Origin: Nostoc sp. DedSLP01
GTDB lineage: Bacteria; Cyanobacteriota; Cyanobacteriia; Cyanobacteriales; Nostocaceae
Length of the DNA: 64,000 bases
Direction: 5' to 3'
NCBI GenBank assembly: GCA_034530875.2
Contig: JAVRCJ020000008.1
Location: 32,001-96,000, forward strand
This document shows, in pieces, positions 9,951-20,381 of this stretch; position 1 is the stretch's first letter, and the number at the start of each line of letters is the position of its first letter. The translations under genes were made by a program, and so were the position numbers. The notes beneath the pieces were generated by a model. It was not told the DNA's origin and did not search any database. It was given only the letters and a program-made list of their open reading frames with translations.

Positions 9951-10637
9951 GTGAGTGATTTACAAACCCAGTTACCTACAGATACATGGATTTACACTTC
10001 TTGGGAAGAGTATGAGCAGATAGTCAGCAACTTGCTCGACGAGAAGGGAAAAAGCTATTACTACAAAGGACACATGAGGCTGGAAATGCCACCAGTTAGT
10101 TTTGCTCGTGGTCAAGACCATGTAATAATTATTTTTGCTGTAACTCTATTTGCCACCATTAAAGGAATTCTAGCCACAGGCTTAGACACGACAACTTTTC
10201 GTAAAACTGGTGTTCGGGATTGTCAGCCCGATGTTGCGTATTACCTCAGAGAACGCGCCCAAGCTATCCCAGCAGGTACAGGAATTGTTAGCCTCGATCG
10301 CTATCCTGCACCAGATTTAGTAATTGAGATTGCGAAAACATCTTTACTCGATGATTTGGGTACAAAGCGATGTCTGGCGACAAGCCGCTTCGCGTCTACG
10401 CTCTATGAAGAATTAGGCGTTACTGAATATTGGGTAGTAGACGTGCAGAACGCCCAAATCATCGCATACGCCATTGCAGACCAGGGTAGTAAACGTATTC
10501 AAGAATCACAGGTATTACCTGGATTAGTAATTGCAATTTTAGAAGAAGCCTTACGCCGTAGTCGTGAATTAAGTCAATCTGAAGTTGGAACTTGGTTATT
10601 AAGCCAGTTTCAGCAACAGGGCAGAGGAAATCCTTGA
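9951..10637 (+). CDS. Uma2 family endonuclease with a 9-aa in-frame insertion
   Basis: QPDVAYY, PDLVIEIA, LYEELGVTEYWVVD motifs. Confidence 0.88.
   Translation: MSDLQTQLPTDTWIYTSWEEYEQIVSNLLDEKGKSYYYKGHMRLEMPPVSFARGQDHVIIIFAVTLFATIKGILATGLDTTTFRKTGVRDCQPDVAYYLRERAQAIPAGTGIVSLDRYPAPDLVIEIAKTSLLDDLGTKRCLATSRFASTLYEELGVTEYWVVDVQNAQIIAYAIADQGSKRIQESQVLPGLVIAILEEALRRSRELSQSEVGTWLLSQFQQQGRGNP
10367..10401 (+). mobile_element. 27-bp small dispersed repeat inserted into a HIP1 site
   Basis: GCGAT[GTCTGGCGACAAGCCGCTTCGCGTCTA]CGC. Removal restores GCGATCGC and the reading KRSLYEELG. Confidence 0.8.
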
Positions 10638-10818
10638 GCTAGAGTAGATAAATCCAATTGCCCAGACGGTGCCTGAGCAATTTGCCATTCTAGATAAAAA
10701 CGCAGGAGTTTGATTAAATCAGTTAAAGTATTTTCGTAATTGTTAATCACGATATTAATCTCTGAAATTTTATGTTTTAAAAATTAATTTATTAAGTTAT
10801 TTTACAACTTATGATGCC

Positions 10819-10849
10819 GATCCCCGACTTCTTTAAGAAACCGGGGATC
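10819..10849. repeat. Dispersed palindrome GATCCCCGACTTCTT-N-AAGTCGGGGATC (also 11929-11961, 36813-36840, 53578-53610)
   Basis: Four near-identical intergenic hairpin copies. Confidence 0.85.
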
Positions 10850-10911
10850 GTGTTTATTACGAATAATTAAAGATTACTTTTTTATGCAGAGATGCAACTT
10901 TATCCGCATCT

Positions 10912-11047
10912 CTACTGGTGTGACAAGACTAAAATGTTGCAATATATTTTATTGTGGGATGGGTGTCCTCACCCGTCTGGGCGGGCAGGATGCCCACCCC
11001 ACAAAAGCTAAATTTTATGCACTATTTTAGCCTTGCCACACCACTAC
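10912..11047. mobile_element. MITE-like element with REP-like internal hairpin
   Basis: Ends TGGTGTGACAAGACTAAAAT / ATTTTAGCCTTGCCACACCA are imperfect inverted repeats around TGTGGGATGGGTGTCCTCACCCG...GCGGGCAGGATGCCCACCCCACA. Confidence 0.7.
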
Positions 11048-11063
11048 AATGTATTTGTATGTC

Positions 11064-11810
11064 TTATTCTGCGTTCACAAATTCCAAATATCCATTGCTG
11101 AGTTCTTTCACCGCCAACTCATAAAATTGTTTACCGTGTTCTGGCGTTGCTAAAGCCGGATTCGATCCCATACGTCCATCGGGATAATGCGATCGAAAGT
11201 CTGCTGCACTATAAATCCTGTGTCCGCTGGCAACTTCTGGTGAAAGGTATGCTTGCTTAATCGCTTCTGGATAAACGTATTGGGTAAGGGCTACTTCACT
11301 TGGGGTTGCGTGAGAACCTTCGCGATCGCCATATAATTCTTTAGCTAGTTTATATACTGAACTGCACATAAACCAGTTAGCCACTTGACATTGTACTTGT
11401 GGGGCATTGGCTACGTGCAAATCTTCTAAATAAGCGTAGGTTTCGGAAAAAGCGGCTTTGAGGGTGGCGATGTTACCGCCGTGTCCGTTGATAAAGTAGA
11501 ACTTGCTAAAACCAGCTTTGGCGAGACAAGTTACATAGTCTCGCACTACTTGAATTAAAGTACTGGGGCGCAGACTGATTGTGCCAGGGAAAGCGGTATG
11601 GTGCAATGCCATGCCTACATTGATTGTAGGGGCAACGATCGCTCCAGTTGTATCGCCTACACCGCGAGCGATCGCTTCCGCACAAATCGCATCAGTACCA
11701 ATCAACCCTGTTGGGCCGTGTTGTTCTGTGGAACCAATGGGAAAAATAATACCCTTTGATTTCTGTAAATAAGCTTCAACTTCTTGCCAAGTACTTAAAT
11801 GTAGTAACAT
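11064..11810 (-). CDS. Creatininase family protein
   Basis: PIGSTEQHGP, NGHGGN, GSHA...E motifs. Confidence 0.9.
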   Translation of the reverse strand: MLLHLSTWQEVEAYLQKSKGIIFPIGSTEQHGPTGLIGTDAICAEAIARGVGDTTGAIVAPTINVGMALHHTAFPGTISLRPSTLIQVVRDYVTCLAKAGFSKFYFINGHGGNIATLKAAFSETYAYLEDLHVANAPQVQCQVANWFMCSSVYKLAKELYGDREGSHATPSEVALTQYVYPEAIKQAYLSPEVASGHRIYSAADFRSHYPDGRMGSNPALATPEHGKQFYELAVKELSNGYLEFVNAE

Positions 11811-12099
11811 TTTTGATGATTTTCCTCTGAGAAGGCATCTTCTGTGATTTAACTTCTACTAACATAATTATGAAGTTTCTTTTGATTTAGTGATGGCGTA
11901 GACGCAAAGCGTTATGAGAATAAACCATAGATCCCCGATTTCTTTAAGAAGTCGGGGATCTTACAGCAGATTTCAATCCAAGTATTAAGCCTGTTTTGCA
12001 TCTGAATTCTGCCGTATTTTTCAATAATTAGGATTGAATTATAAAATATTGTTTTTTTGGATCGTCAAGAAAACAAAGGGGATCAATCCCTAATCTAGA

Positions 12100-12372
12100 T
12101 TAATCAAAGTAATAATGCTTTTTGACGTTACTTTTAATTTCCCAGACGCAAGACATACCAGCAGGAAAAATTACTAAATCGCCTTCACCCATTTGCACTG
12201 GCTGTCCACCATCAGGAGTAACAATTACATCTCCTTCCAAAAAGTAGCAAGTTTCTTGAGAATCATAAGTCCAAGGGAATTTTGAAACTTCCTTTTTCCA
12301 AATTGCCCATTTGGACACACCCAATTGTTCGAGACGTTGTTGACTGGGTTGATGCTCAACTTTAATTTCCAT
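12100..12372 (-). CDS. Cupin_3 (DUF861) family protein
   Basis: FPWTYDSQETCYFLEGDVIVTP...GDLVIFPAG; likely start MEIKVEH. Confidence 0.85.
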   Translation of the reverse strand: MEIKVEHQPSQQRLEQLGVSKWAIWKKEVSKFPWTYDSQETCYFLEGDVIVTPDGGQPVQMGEGDLVIFPAGMSCVWEIKSNVKKHYYFD

Positions 12373-12395
12373 ACTATAGTTTTCTCTAGTTTTAT

Positions 12396-12755
12396 TTAGC
12401 AGTAGGATTGGATATCCTCTCCACATTGATCTACTAAATAACACAAAGCGCGAAAACGCAAGCTCACAAGTTCGTTATAAAGGGGATTGAGTTTGCACAT
12501 TGGAGGAATGTGAGCTATTGTGCGGCCAAAAAGCATAATATCACGCTCGAATGGACACTGGGCAGGAATAAGCTTAGCAATAAATTTGGCGAATTTACGA
12601 TTCTGAACATCGATTGCGTCCAGCCATTGACGTAATGGTTGCAGTAAATCTAATTTACGCCAAGCAATTTGTTTTTTAGTACCTGCCAGATTTTTTTCTT
12701 GTATGGGGCTAATAAAAGCAGGTAGAAAAATCCGCCGATTAGTTGTGTCAAGCAT
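12396..12755 (-). CDS. Mo-dependent nitrogenase C-terminal domain family protein
   Basis: LIPAQCPFERDI...HIPPMCKLNPLY...LRFRALCYL signature; start codon uncertain. Confidence 0.85.
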   Translation of the reverse strand: MLDTTNRRIFLPAFISPIQEKNLAGTKKQIAWRKLDLLQPLRQWLDAIDVQNRKFAKFIAKLIPAQCPFERDIMLFGRTIAHIPPMCKLNPLYNELVSLRFRALCYLVDQCGEDIQSYC

Positions 12756-13409
12756 AGTTTTTAGCAAGGTTTTCCTTGTTATAGATGAACTATTTACCAA
12801 TTTTGAATGCTGCTATGTAACTTATTTAGGCAATTTGCATTCTGCTTATAAACTGAAGTAAAATCCGCAGATTGCAAAGAACTTACATGCATCTTTGGGG
12901 GGAAATCGTTTGATTAATTGTTATTTAAACCCACCAAATGTTCGAGAACTGTCCCGTTAAATACAAAATAACAAAGAAAATATAAAAATTGCATTTCTTT
13001 AACTTATTGATTTCTAATGTGAAAGATTGCAATTCTATATACCAAATATAAAACCTTGGTTACAAAAACGCCTAGTACCTAGAGATGTAGTCTAGGGAAG
13101 AAAAAGAGCGTTTTGCTGTCACTCCATATACACTCCGCTAGGATTATCCCCCTACTATCTAGAGATATTTGGGTGCTGAATACTCGTAATCTGTACCATA
13201 TAGCACACAAGATAGCCTAGATATTATCTAATAAGTAGTCGAAATACTTTGATAAGTTCAAACTAATATTAGAACTGCCATATCACAATACAGCACACTT
13301 GGCGAAATTAAAACGGAAATTGCCAATTGGAATAATGGTATTTCAAACCAAAATTGCAAAATTATCTATATGCTTTAACCCCAAAATTGAGTTAGCAATT
13401 ATCAACTAA

Positions 13410-15101
13410 TTAAGCGTGTCTTTCGCAAGCTCCTTCTTCACGCCACAATTGATATAATTGCGTCGCTGGCATCGTCATATATAAGATATCGCCTGGACTG
13501 AGGTTGGTTTCTAGTAAATCCCAACCGTGCAGGGTTTGGTGGTTCGTTTCTACGTATAAAGGTACGCAATCAGTAGACATAGCTACATCTTTCACCCACT
13601 GACCGCAAAAAGCGTGTGAAGGTGTAATTACTGTAGCAAAAGCTACCCAAAGACTATCTGCTGTGATGCCATTACCAAGGATTCGCCCCCCTAATGCAGC
13701 TGCGGCAAAAGCTGGGGCTGCCAATTCAGCGGGACTGAGTACTGCCTCGAAGTCAAATAGCTGTTGCGCTATGCCAGCAAAATCGGGATCGGCATAATGG
13801 ACAATTACCGGAATACTTGGTGCCAAGCTTTTGGCTTTGAGGGCTATTTCTAAATTAGTGGCATCGTTACTGGTTACGGCCAGCACTGCGGCAGCAGTAT
13901 GTATATTGCTGGACTTGAGTATGGTGCGGAAGCTAGCATCACCTTGAATTACCGGAATGCCTAGCCCTCTGGTGGTGTTGACAAATCTGTTATTAGAATC
14001 GGTTTCGATCGCTACGACTTCATGTCCGTTGGTGTGGAGTTGTTCGGCGATTTTGACGCCAATACCGCTTAAACCACAGACAATGTAGTGATAGCGCTGG
14101 GGTATTCGTGCTGCGTCCCAAAACTGCTTAAAGCGGCTTCCCAGGACAAAATCAGTGAGCATTGCATACCAGATACCAATTACCACTGCGCCAACCAGCA
14201 TCATGATAACGGTAAATAATTTAATACTGTTGGGAGCATTTTCTACAACTTTGTCATTACCACCTGCTCCGGTTATCATGCCTACAGAAAAATATAGGGC
14301 ATCGATTAGAGACAATTTTAATTCAGCAGATGTGTAGGTGAGTGTGGCAAGTAGAATTACTGCAAGTAAGACAACAGCACCCACGACAACCGATCGCCCA
14401 TGTTGCTGAAACTGTCTCAAGCTAGTTATTACTTTCAGCAATTTTCTAATTAGCGATCGCCTCGGAGGACGGGTGCGGGGTTGCGTACCAACAATTAAGC
14501 GATCCCCGACTTTTAACTCTTGTCCTGAGATAACAGCGGATACTAAATCCATTTCACCTTCTACAGGTAGATAATAAATCAGCATCCGCGATCGGTCTTC
14601 CCACAACTCATTCAGCTTTCGACCTTTCCACAAATGATTTTCATCAATGTATTCTTCGTGAATCGGCCAAGTTTGTTGAAATAACTTGATTTGCCCGATC
14701 GCTCGACTTCCCATTGCTGCAAAGGTGAATACTGGTGCTGCCAAACCGACAACACTCATACTCAAATGGTCTGGCAAAGTCCGATCTAAGCGCTCGCCTA
14801 AATTTGTATTATAAAAGCGGTTGATGATGCGAATCTGGGGATTCAGCACTCGCGCTCGCATCATAATTGACAAATTCAGTTCATCTTTAGATCCAGCAAT
14901 TACTAAAGTGTGCGCCTGCTCGATTCCTGCTGCTTCTAGGGTAGCCGCTGCTTGCAAATCGCCAACAATCACATCCGATGCAGTTTCCCCTGGGATTGGT
15001 TGATGATGAATGCCAACAACAAATGCTCCCTGCTGTCTGAGCAAACGAAAGATTTTATATCCAGTACGTCCTAAGCCACAAACAATAATTCGAGGTTTCA
15101 T
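13410..15101 (-). CDS. Potassium channel / TrkA-N (RCK) domain protein
   Basis: Two Rossmann motifs (IIVCGLGRTG, YIVCGLSGIG) flank a 2-TM pore segment DALYFSVGMITGAG. Confidence 0.85.
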   Translation of the reverse strand: MKPRIIVCGLGRTGYKIFRLLRQQGAFVVGIHHQPIPGETASDVIVGDLQAAATLEAAGIEQAHTLVIAGSKDELNLSIMMRARVLNPQIRIINRFYNTNLGERLDRTLPDHLSMSVVGLAAPVFTFAAMGSRAIGQIKLFQQTWPIHEEYIDENHLWKGRKLNELWEDRSRMLIYYLPVEGEMDLVSAVISGQELKVGDRLIVGTQPRTRPPRRSLIRKLLKVITSLRQFQQHGRSVVVGAVVLLAVILLATLTYTSAELKLSLIDALYFSVGMITGAGGNDKVVENAPNSIKLFTVIMMLVGAVVIGIWYAMLTDFVLGSRFKQFWDAARIPQRYHYIVCGLSGIGVKIAEQLHTNGHEVVAIETDSNNRFVNTTRGLGIPVIQGDASFRTILKSSNIHTAAAVLAVTSNDATNLEIALKAKSLAPSIPVIVHYADPDFAGIAQQLFDFEAVLSPAELAAPAFAAAALGGRILGNGITADSLWVAFATVITPSHAFCGQWVKDVAMSTDCVPLYVETNHQTLHGWDLLETNLSPGDILYMTMPATQLYQLWREEGACERHA

Positions 15102-15367
15102 GAAACGGCAGCATCTTTTACAGGCGGGGCTGCATTTCTAATTAATTATCCAGATTATTACCCGTTTTCCTCGGTTTAACTGTAACTGACAACACGATTA
15201 CTTTAACTCAAAGAGTTAGGAGTTAAGAGTTAGGAGTTAGAAGTTAAAAGTAAAAGAGTGTTTATATTTGACTTTTACCCTTGAAGAAATTGCTGTTAGA
15301 TGGCACTTTTACAAAGTTATAAAAGTCAATGTGATTTGGATACCTGAAATTTTAAAACATTCGCCTT

Positions 15368-15862
15368 ATGAAAAAGTTAGTACAATTAAAAGATTTTGGT
15401 AGTGTTTTATGCCCTTTAATGATGGCAGGAACGTTAGCGACTACAGTACAAGCACAGGCGCAGTCAGAGTCAGGGCCTATTTCTGCACCTAACGTCACAC
15501 TGAACGTACAACGTAGCAGCGGTAAATGTCCTCAAAAAATTGGATTGTGGTGGTTTACCTTACCTTATGAAGGCGGTGCCGAACATACGGTAGTGGCAGA
15601 TACTAGAGAATTTGCAGATTCGAGTAAGTTAGTTTCATCTAATAACCAGTTTGCGGAATTTGTCTCACCTTTACGCAGCGATTATGCATCGTGTGTAGGT
15701 AGAACTAGGGGGCAGGAATATAACTTCTACAATGTAGAATTTAAGAATAAAAAAGCTTATTTTCGTGTTGATTTGCGAAAAATTAACGCACCGGAACGGA
15801 TAATTACCTACAAAAATGTAGTGGCTTCTCGTCCTTATGTCAGATGGGCGATCGCTGATTAA
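15368..15862 (+). CDS. Hypothetical exported protein
   Basis: Signal-peptide-like N-terminus ending AQA; 164 aa. Confidence 0.7.
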   Translation: MKKLVQLKDFGSVLCPLMMAGTLATTVQAQAQSESGPISAPNVTLNVQRSSGKCPQKIGLWWFTLPYEGGAEHTVVADTREFADSSKLVSSNNQFAEFVSPLRSDYASCVGRTRGQEYNFYNVEFKNKKAYFRVDLRKINAPERIITYKNVVASRPYVRWAIAD

Positions 15863-16122
15863 TATCTCTAATATTTCAGCCCAATAGCTGATTGACAAAT
15901 ATTCTAATATGGCAATCAAATTTGATGGCGTGAAAAAATAACATATATTTTAAGGCAATAGGTAGTTAATCTTTGGTTATTGTCTATTGCCTCTCTCTAC
16001 GAGTAAGTTAAAAATCAAATATTATTTGTCAATAATGCTTCTCGAGATACTCATCGCTCGCTAGGAAAATTTATTAAAATTAAAGAAAGAAGAACATATT
16101 GATAAATTAATAAGTTTAGTTC

Positions 16123-17067
16123 ATGACTGCAATCCAGTTCCAAACTTTACCCCACACACAGCAACAAAAAGCCACTGTACCCCACTTGGGGCTGGTTTGT
16201 ATCACGTTTGATAAACAAGTGCGCTTTCGGACAATGACACGCACGCGCTACTTAAAACTGACTCTTGAAGAACGTAAAACTGCCCTAACAGAACTGTATC
16301 AGCACAATCTACAGCGTTTGCATGACGCTCTCTCCTTTTGTCAGAAAAATCAGATTCAACTCTATCGTATGTCCTGTGCTTTATTTCCTCTTTGCGATAT
16401 GGAAGACGAAATCGGCGCGAATATATTAGAGGAAATGAGCGATGAACTAGCAAAAATTGGAGAACGTGCAAAAGTATTAAACATCAGAATGGTACTGCAT
16501 CCGGATCAATATGTAGTGCTGAGTTCTGATTCTCCAGAAGTGGTAAAAACAAGTGTCAAAATTCTCGAACGACACGCCCATAACCTTGACTTATTAGGTT
16601 TACCCCAATCATCTTGGTCATTGATGAATATTCATGGTGGCAAATCTCAACGCACCGAACAACTTGTAAAAGTAATCTCAGAATTACCCCCAGCGATTAA
16701 AAATCGGTTGACTTTTGAAAATGATGAATATGCTTATAGTGCTAGTGAAATTTTAGCAGTGTGTCAGCAAGCAGGAATACCAATGGTATTCGATGCTCAT
16801 CACCATATTTGTCACGAAAATTTAGACAGCTACGACCATCCGAGTGTAGCGTCTATGTTATACGCAGCAAGGGAAACTTGGGCGAATCCAGATTGGCAAT
16901 TAGTTCATATTTCCAATGGCGAACAAGCTTTCAACGATCGCAAGCACAGCGATTTAATTACAGCTATGCCCAATGTTTACCACGAAGTACCTTGGATAGA
17001 AGTCGAAGCTAAACAAAAAGAAGTAGCGATCGCTCATTTGCGTTCTTGGTGGTTGATGGAGTCATGA
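16123..17067 (+). CDS. uvsE: UV DNA damage endonuclease
   Basis: LGLVCI, LYRMS, HPDQYVVLSS, NIHGG, FENDE, FDAHHH, HSD, EVEAK. Confidence 0.9.
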   Translation: MTAIQFQTLPHTQQQKATVPHLGLVCITFDKQVRFRTMTRTRYLKLTLEERKTALTELYQHNLQRLHDALSFCQKNQIQLYRMSCALFPLCDMEDEIGANILEEMSDELAKIGERAKVLNIRMVLHPDQYVVLSSDSPEVVKTSVKILERHAHNLDLLGLPQSSWSLMNIHGGKSQRTEQLVKVISELPPAIKNRLTFENDEYAYSASEILAVCQQAGIPMVFDAHHHICHENLDSYDHPSVASMLYAARETWANPDWQLVHISNGEQAFNDRKHSDLITAMPNVYHEVPWIEVEAKQKEVAIAHLRSWWLMES

Positions 17068-17287
17068 GTCAGGAGTCAGAATTCAGAATGGGCTACACCC
17101 CGCTACACTAAGACGAGTCAGAATTTAAAATTGAGATGCAATCAGTTCGGAGTAGGACTCAATAGTGTATGTTGTTAACTACTGAATCAAAAATTTAGCG
17201 TGCTGTTTGACCATTTCCTCAACAGCCAATACAACTCTTAACTCCTGACTCCTGAATTCTGAGTTCTGAATTCCTTTTTGATAAAAT

Positions 17288-18886
17288 ATGGCGATCGCAA
17301 TCGATTTTGGTACTAGCAACACAGTCATTGCTCGTTGGAACCCTGTAACCCAGCAGCCAGAAACCCTGAATTTACCAGGTTTATCAATTAAACAAAGTCT
17401 CAATCCGCCACTGATACCCAGTTTGGTTTATGTTGAAGACGCAGCACAGGATAAAATTTTAGTCGGTCAACAAGTACGCGATCGCGGTCTTGACCTCAAG
17501 GGCGAAACTAGATTTTTCCGCAGCTTTAAACGGGCTATTGGCTCAAATATTCAAGGTTTCTTACCTGAGTTAGATGGTCAAATTGTCACCTTTGAGCAAG
17601 TAGGGCAATGGTTTCTCACCCAAGTAATTGAAGAACTAGTACCCCTCGAAGGTGGCTTAGATTCTTTAGTTTTAACCGTACCCGTAGATAGTTTTGAAGC
17701 CTACCGTCATTGGTTAGGAAAAGTTTGCCAATCGCTAAAAGTCGAACAAGTGCGAATGTTGGACGAACCGACAGCCGCAGCTTTGGGTTATGGCTTGGCA
17801 GATCGAGAAATTCTCTTGGTAATCGACTTTGGTGGCGGTACTTTGGATTTGTCCCTTGTTAGGTTGGATCGAAGCGTCCAAGCCACAACAAAACCTGTGG
17901 GATTTCTCCTGAAATTCGGTAATAAATCTTTAGCTGAAGATTCAAAACAAAAAGTCAAAACAGCCCGTGTTTTGGCGAAAGCTGGGCAAAATTTGGGCGG
18001 TACTGATATTGATAATTGGTTAGTAGATTACTTTGCCAAAACTCAAGGTTTAGCGGTCAGTCCTTTAACAACAAGATTGGCAGAACGGGTAAAAATTCAG
18101 CTATCAACTCAAAACCAAGCCAGTGAAGTTTATTTTGATGATGAAACATTTGAAAGTTACGAACTAGAATTAAACCGCGATACTTTTGAAAATATCCTCA
18201 AAGAACATGCATTTTTTGAGTTATTAGATGAATCGATGACGACACTGTTGCAACAAGCAAGACGCCAAGGAATAGAAGTTGCAGATATTAATGCAGTGTT
18301 ATTAGTTGGTGGAACTGTACAATTGCCAGCAGTGCAGACATGGATTAAACAGTATTTTGAGCCAGAAAAAATTCGTTGCGAACGTCCTTTTGAAGCGATC
18401 GCTCAAGGTGCGTTACAAATCGCCCAAGGCATTGAAATCAAAGACTTTCTCTACCATAGCTATGGCATTCGCTACTGGGATCGCCGCAATCAACGCCACC
18501 ATTGGCATCCGATAATTAAAGCTGGACAACCGTATCCTATGAGCCAGCCAGTGGAATTAGTGTTAGGCGCTTCAGTGGAGAATCAGCCGAGCATTGAATT
18601 AATTATGGGAGAATTGGGGGCAGACACAGGTAATACCGAAGTTTATTTTGATGGCGATCGCTTGATTACTCGTCGTCTTGAGAGTACTGAAACCACCGTC
18701 AAACCCCTCAACGATAGAGAAGGTGCTAGAACAATTGCCCAACTGACGCCAAGCGGACATCCTGGGAGCGATCGCATTAAAATTTTCTTTCAAGTTGACG
18801 ATAAACGGTTTTTGCGAATCACCGTTGAAGACTTGTTAACGAATGGCACACTTTTAGAAAATCAACTTGTAGCACAGTTGAGTTAG
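17288..18886 (+). CDS. Hsp70/DnaK-like family protein
   Basis: IAIDFGTSNT, LDEPTAAALGY, IDFGGGTLD, GGTDID, LLVGG. Confidence 0.9.
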   Translation: MAIAIDFGTSNTVIARWNPVTQQPETLNLPGLSIKQSLNPPLIPSLVYVEDAAQDKILVGQQVRDRGLDLKGETRFFRSFKRAIGSNIQGFLPELDGQIVTFEQVGQWFLTQVIEELVPLEGGLDSLVLTVPVDSFEAYRHWLGKVCQSLKVEQVRMLDEPTAAALGYGLADREILLVIDFGGGTLDLSLVRLDRSVQATTKPVGFLLKFGNKSLAEDSKQKVKTARVLAKAGQNLGGTDIDNWLVDYFAKTQGLAVSPLTTRLAERVKIQLSTQNQASEVYFDDETFESYELELNRDTFENILKEHAFFELLDESMTTLLQQARRQGIEVADINAVLLVGGTVQLPAVQTWIKQYFEPEKIRCERPFEAIAQGALQIAQGIEIKDFLYHSYGIRYWDRRNQRHHWHPIIKAGQPYPMSQPVELVLGASVENQPSIELIMGELGADTGNTEVYFDGDRLITRRLESTETTVKPLNDREGARTIAQLTPSGHPGSDRIKIFFQVDDKRFLRITVEDLLTNGTLLENQLVAQLS

Positions 18887-19091
18887 GGAATTACTAATCA
18901 GTAATATCAAGTTGACTACGTACCAGACTTGATATTACTTTTATTTTAGTTAACCTCTACTTCCCAAGTGAGAGTTAGAATTAATTTTGACGGTAAAAGT
19001 GAAACAATTCTTCTACACTTTGGTGAGCTTCTAAATTTAAGCGTTTAGGCATAAATTCTCACTTTGCACCCTTGAGACTCCCAAAGCGATC

Positions 19092-20257
19092 GTATCATTC
19101 CGACGCAGACGGAATCGATATGATTTCTGAAAAAGACTGCGAGATAATACGGATAGAGATATCTGTCTAATAACAAACAATGATAAACCAGCATTTAGAA
19201 ATGGCGATGCCTACGGCGAGCTTCGCTAACGCAGAATTACAAGAATTTATAGATAGTCGTCCAGATGCCCGTGAACTAAGAAAAGCTTTCTCCGTGAAAC
19301 TTGTTTATCAAGGTTATAAGTATGAAGAAATTCAAACAATTTTAGATGTGTCAGTTGGTTCAATCACAAGCTGGAAACAAGCTTACCAAGAACATGGAAT
19401 TGCGGGACTGCGCTTAAATCATAAAGGGAGAAAAGGTTATCTGAGTGCTCAACAAAGAGAAAAAGTATTAAGTTGGTTGCAAACAAAGGAGATTTGGGAG
19501 ATTGGTGAACTTGAGTATAAATTAGCATTTGAATATGATGTCATCTCCGAATCAAAACGAAGCTATTATGATTTATTTGAGGCAGCAGGAATTAGTTGGA
19601 AAAAGACTACTGGCTTGAATCCAAAAGCGGATCGGGAGGTGGTGGCTGAAAAAAAAACCAAATTGAAACATTGCTGGCAAGCAATAGAGAGGAGATAGAA
19701 GCCCGAAGGCTGAGAGTATTACTAATAGATGAGTGTCATTTATTATGGGGAGACGTAACTGGTTACGTTTGGGGAAGAACCGATCGAGAAATAGCATCCT
19801 TAGTCGTTAATGAAACAGATAAACAGACATATTATGGTGCGGTTGATTATCTTGACGGAAAGTTACTCCTTAAAGCTTACAATGCTGGGAATTCTAATAA
19901 TACAATTGATTATTTACGTTATTTATTAGACTCATCTCCCAACCAGCGATTACTTCTTCTTTGGGATGGTGCTTCTTATCATCGTTCACATCTGATTCAG
20001 AACTTTTTAGGCGAGGTAAATCAAGGTTTACCTCAAGAACAATGGAAAATTCATTGCATTCGCTTTGCGCCTAATTGTCCATCACAAAATCCTATAGAAG
20101 ATATTTGGTTACAAGCGAAAACCTGGGTTCGACGTTTTTGTGCTTTAATTCCAACATTTCGCCATTTCAAGTGGATGTTTGAGTGGTTTCTCCGAAATAC
20201 TACGTTTGATTTTATGTCTCTTCAGATGTACGGAGCTTTTTCAGAAATCAAATACTA
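19092..20257 (+). mobile_element. IS630-family insertion sequence
   Basis: Inverted ends TGATTTCTGAAAAAG (19121-19135) and CTTTTTCAGAAATCA (20236-20250); right end followed by TA; HTH ORF plus DDE ORF. Left boundary approximate. Confidence 0.88.
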
Positions 20258-20258
20258 G
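19180..20258 (+). CDS. IS630 transposase in two frames (19180-19698 HTH; 19671-20258 DDE)
   Basis: IDECH, WDGASYH, NPIEDIW; the frames change at an A9 run (19649-19657), consistent with programmed -1 slippage. Confidence 0.88.
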
Positions 20259-20381
20259 TCCTATATAAATAGAATTCATTAATGAATAATTAATATTTTT
20301 TTCTCTTTTTCTGAAATTAAAAACTGCTCTTGCTGAAACCAAACAAGAGCAGTTTTAACACCAAAGCCCAAAATTAAGAAT

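Noticed and set aside
12396..12755. Nitrogenase structural gene
   Set aside because: Only the small domain named 'Mo-dependent nitrogenase C-terminal' is present; there are no nifHDK motifs or nif context.
19640..19700. IS630 transposase as a frameshifted pseudogene
   Set aside because: A split at an A-run is common in IS630 elements and fits programmed frameshifting.
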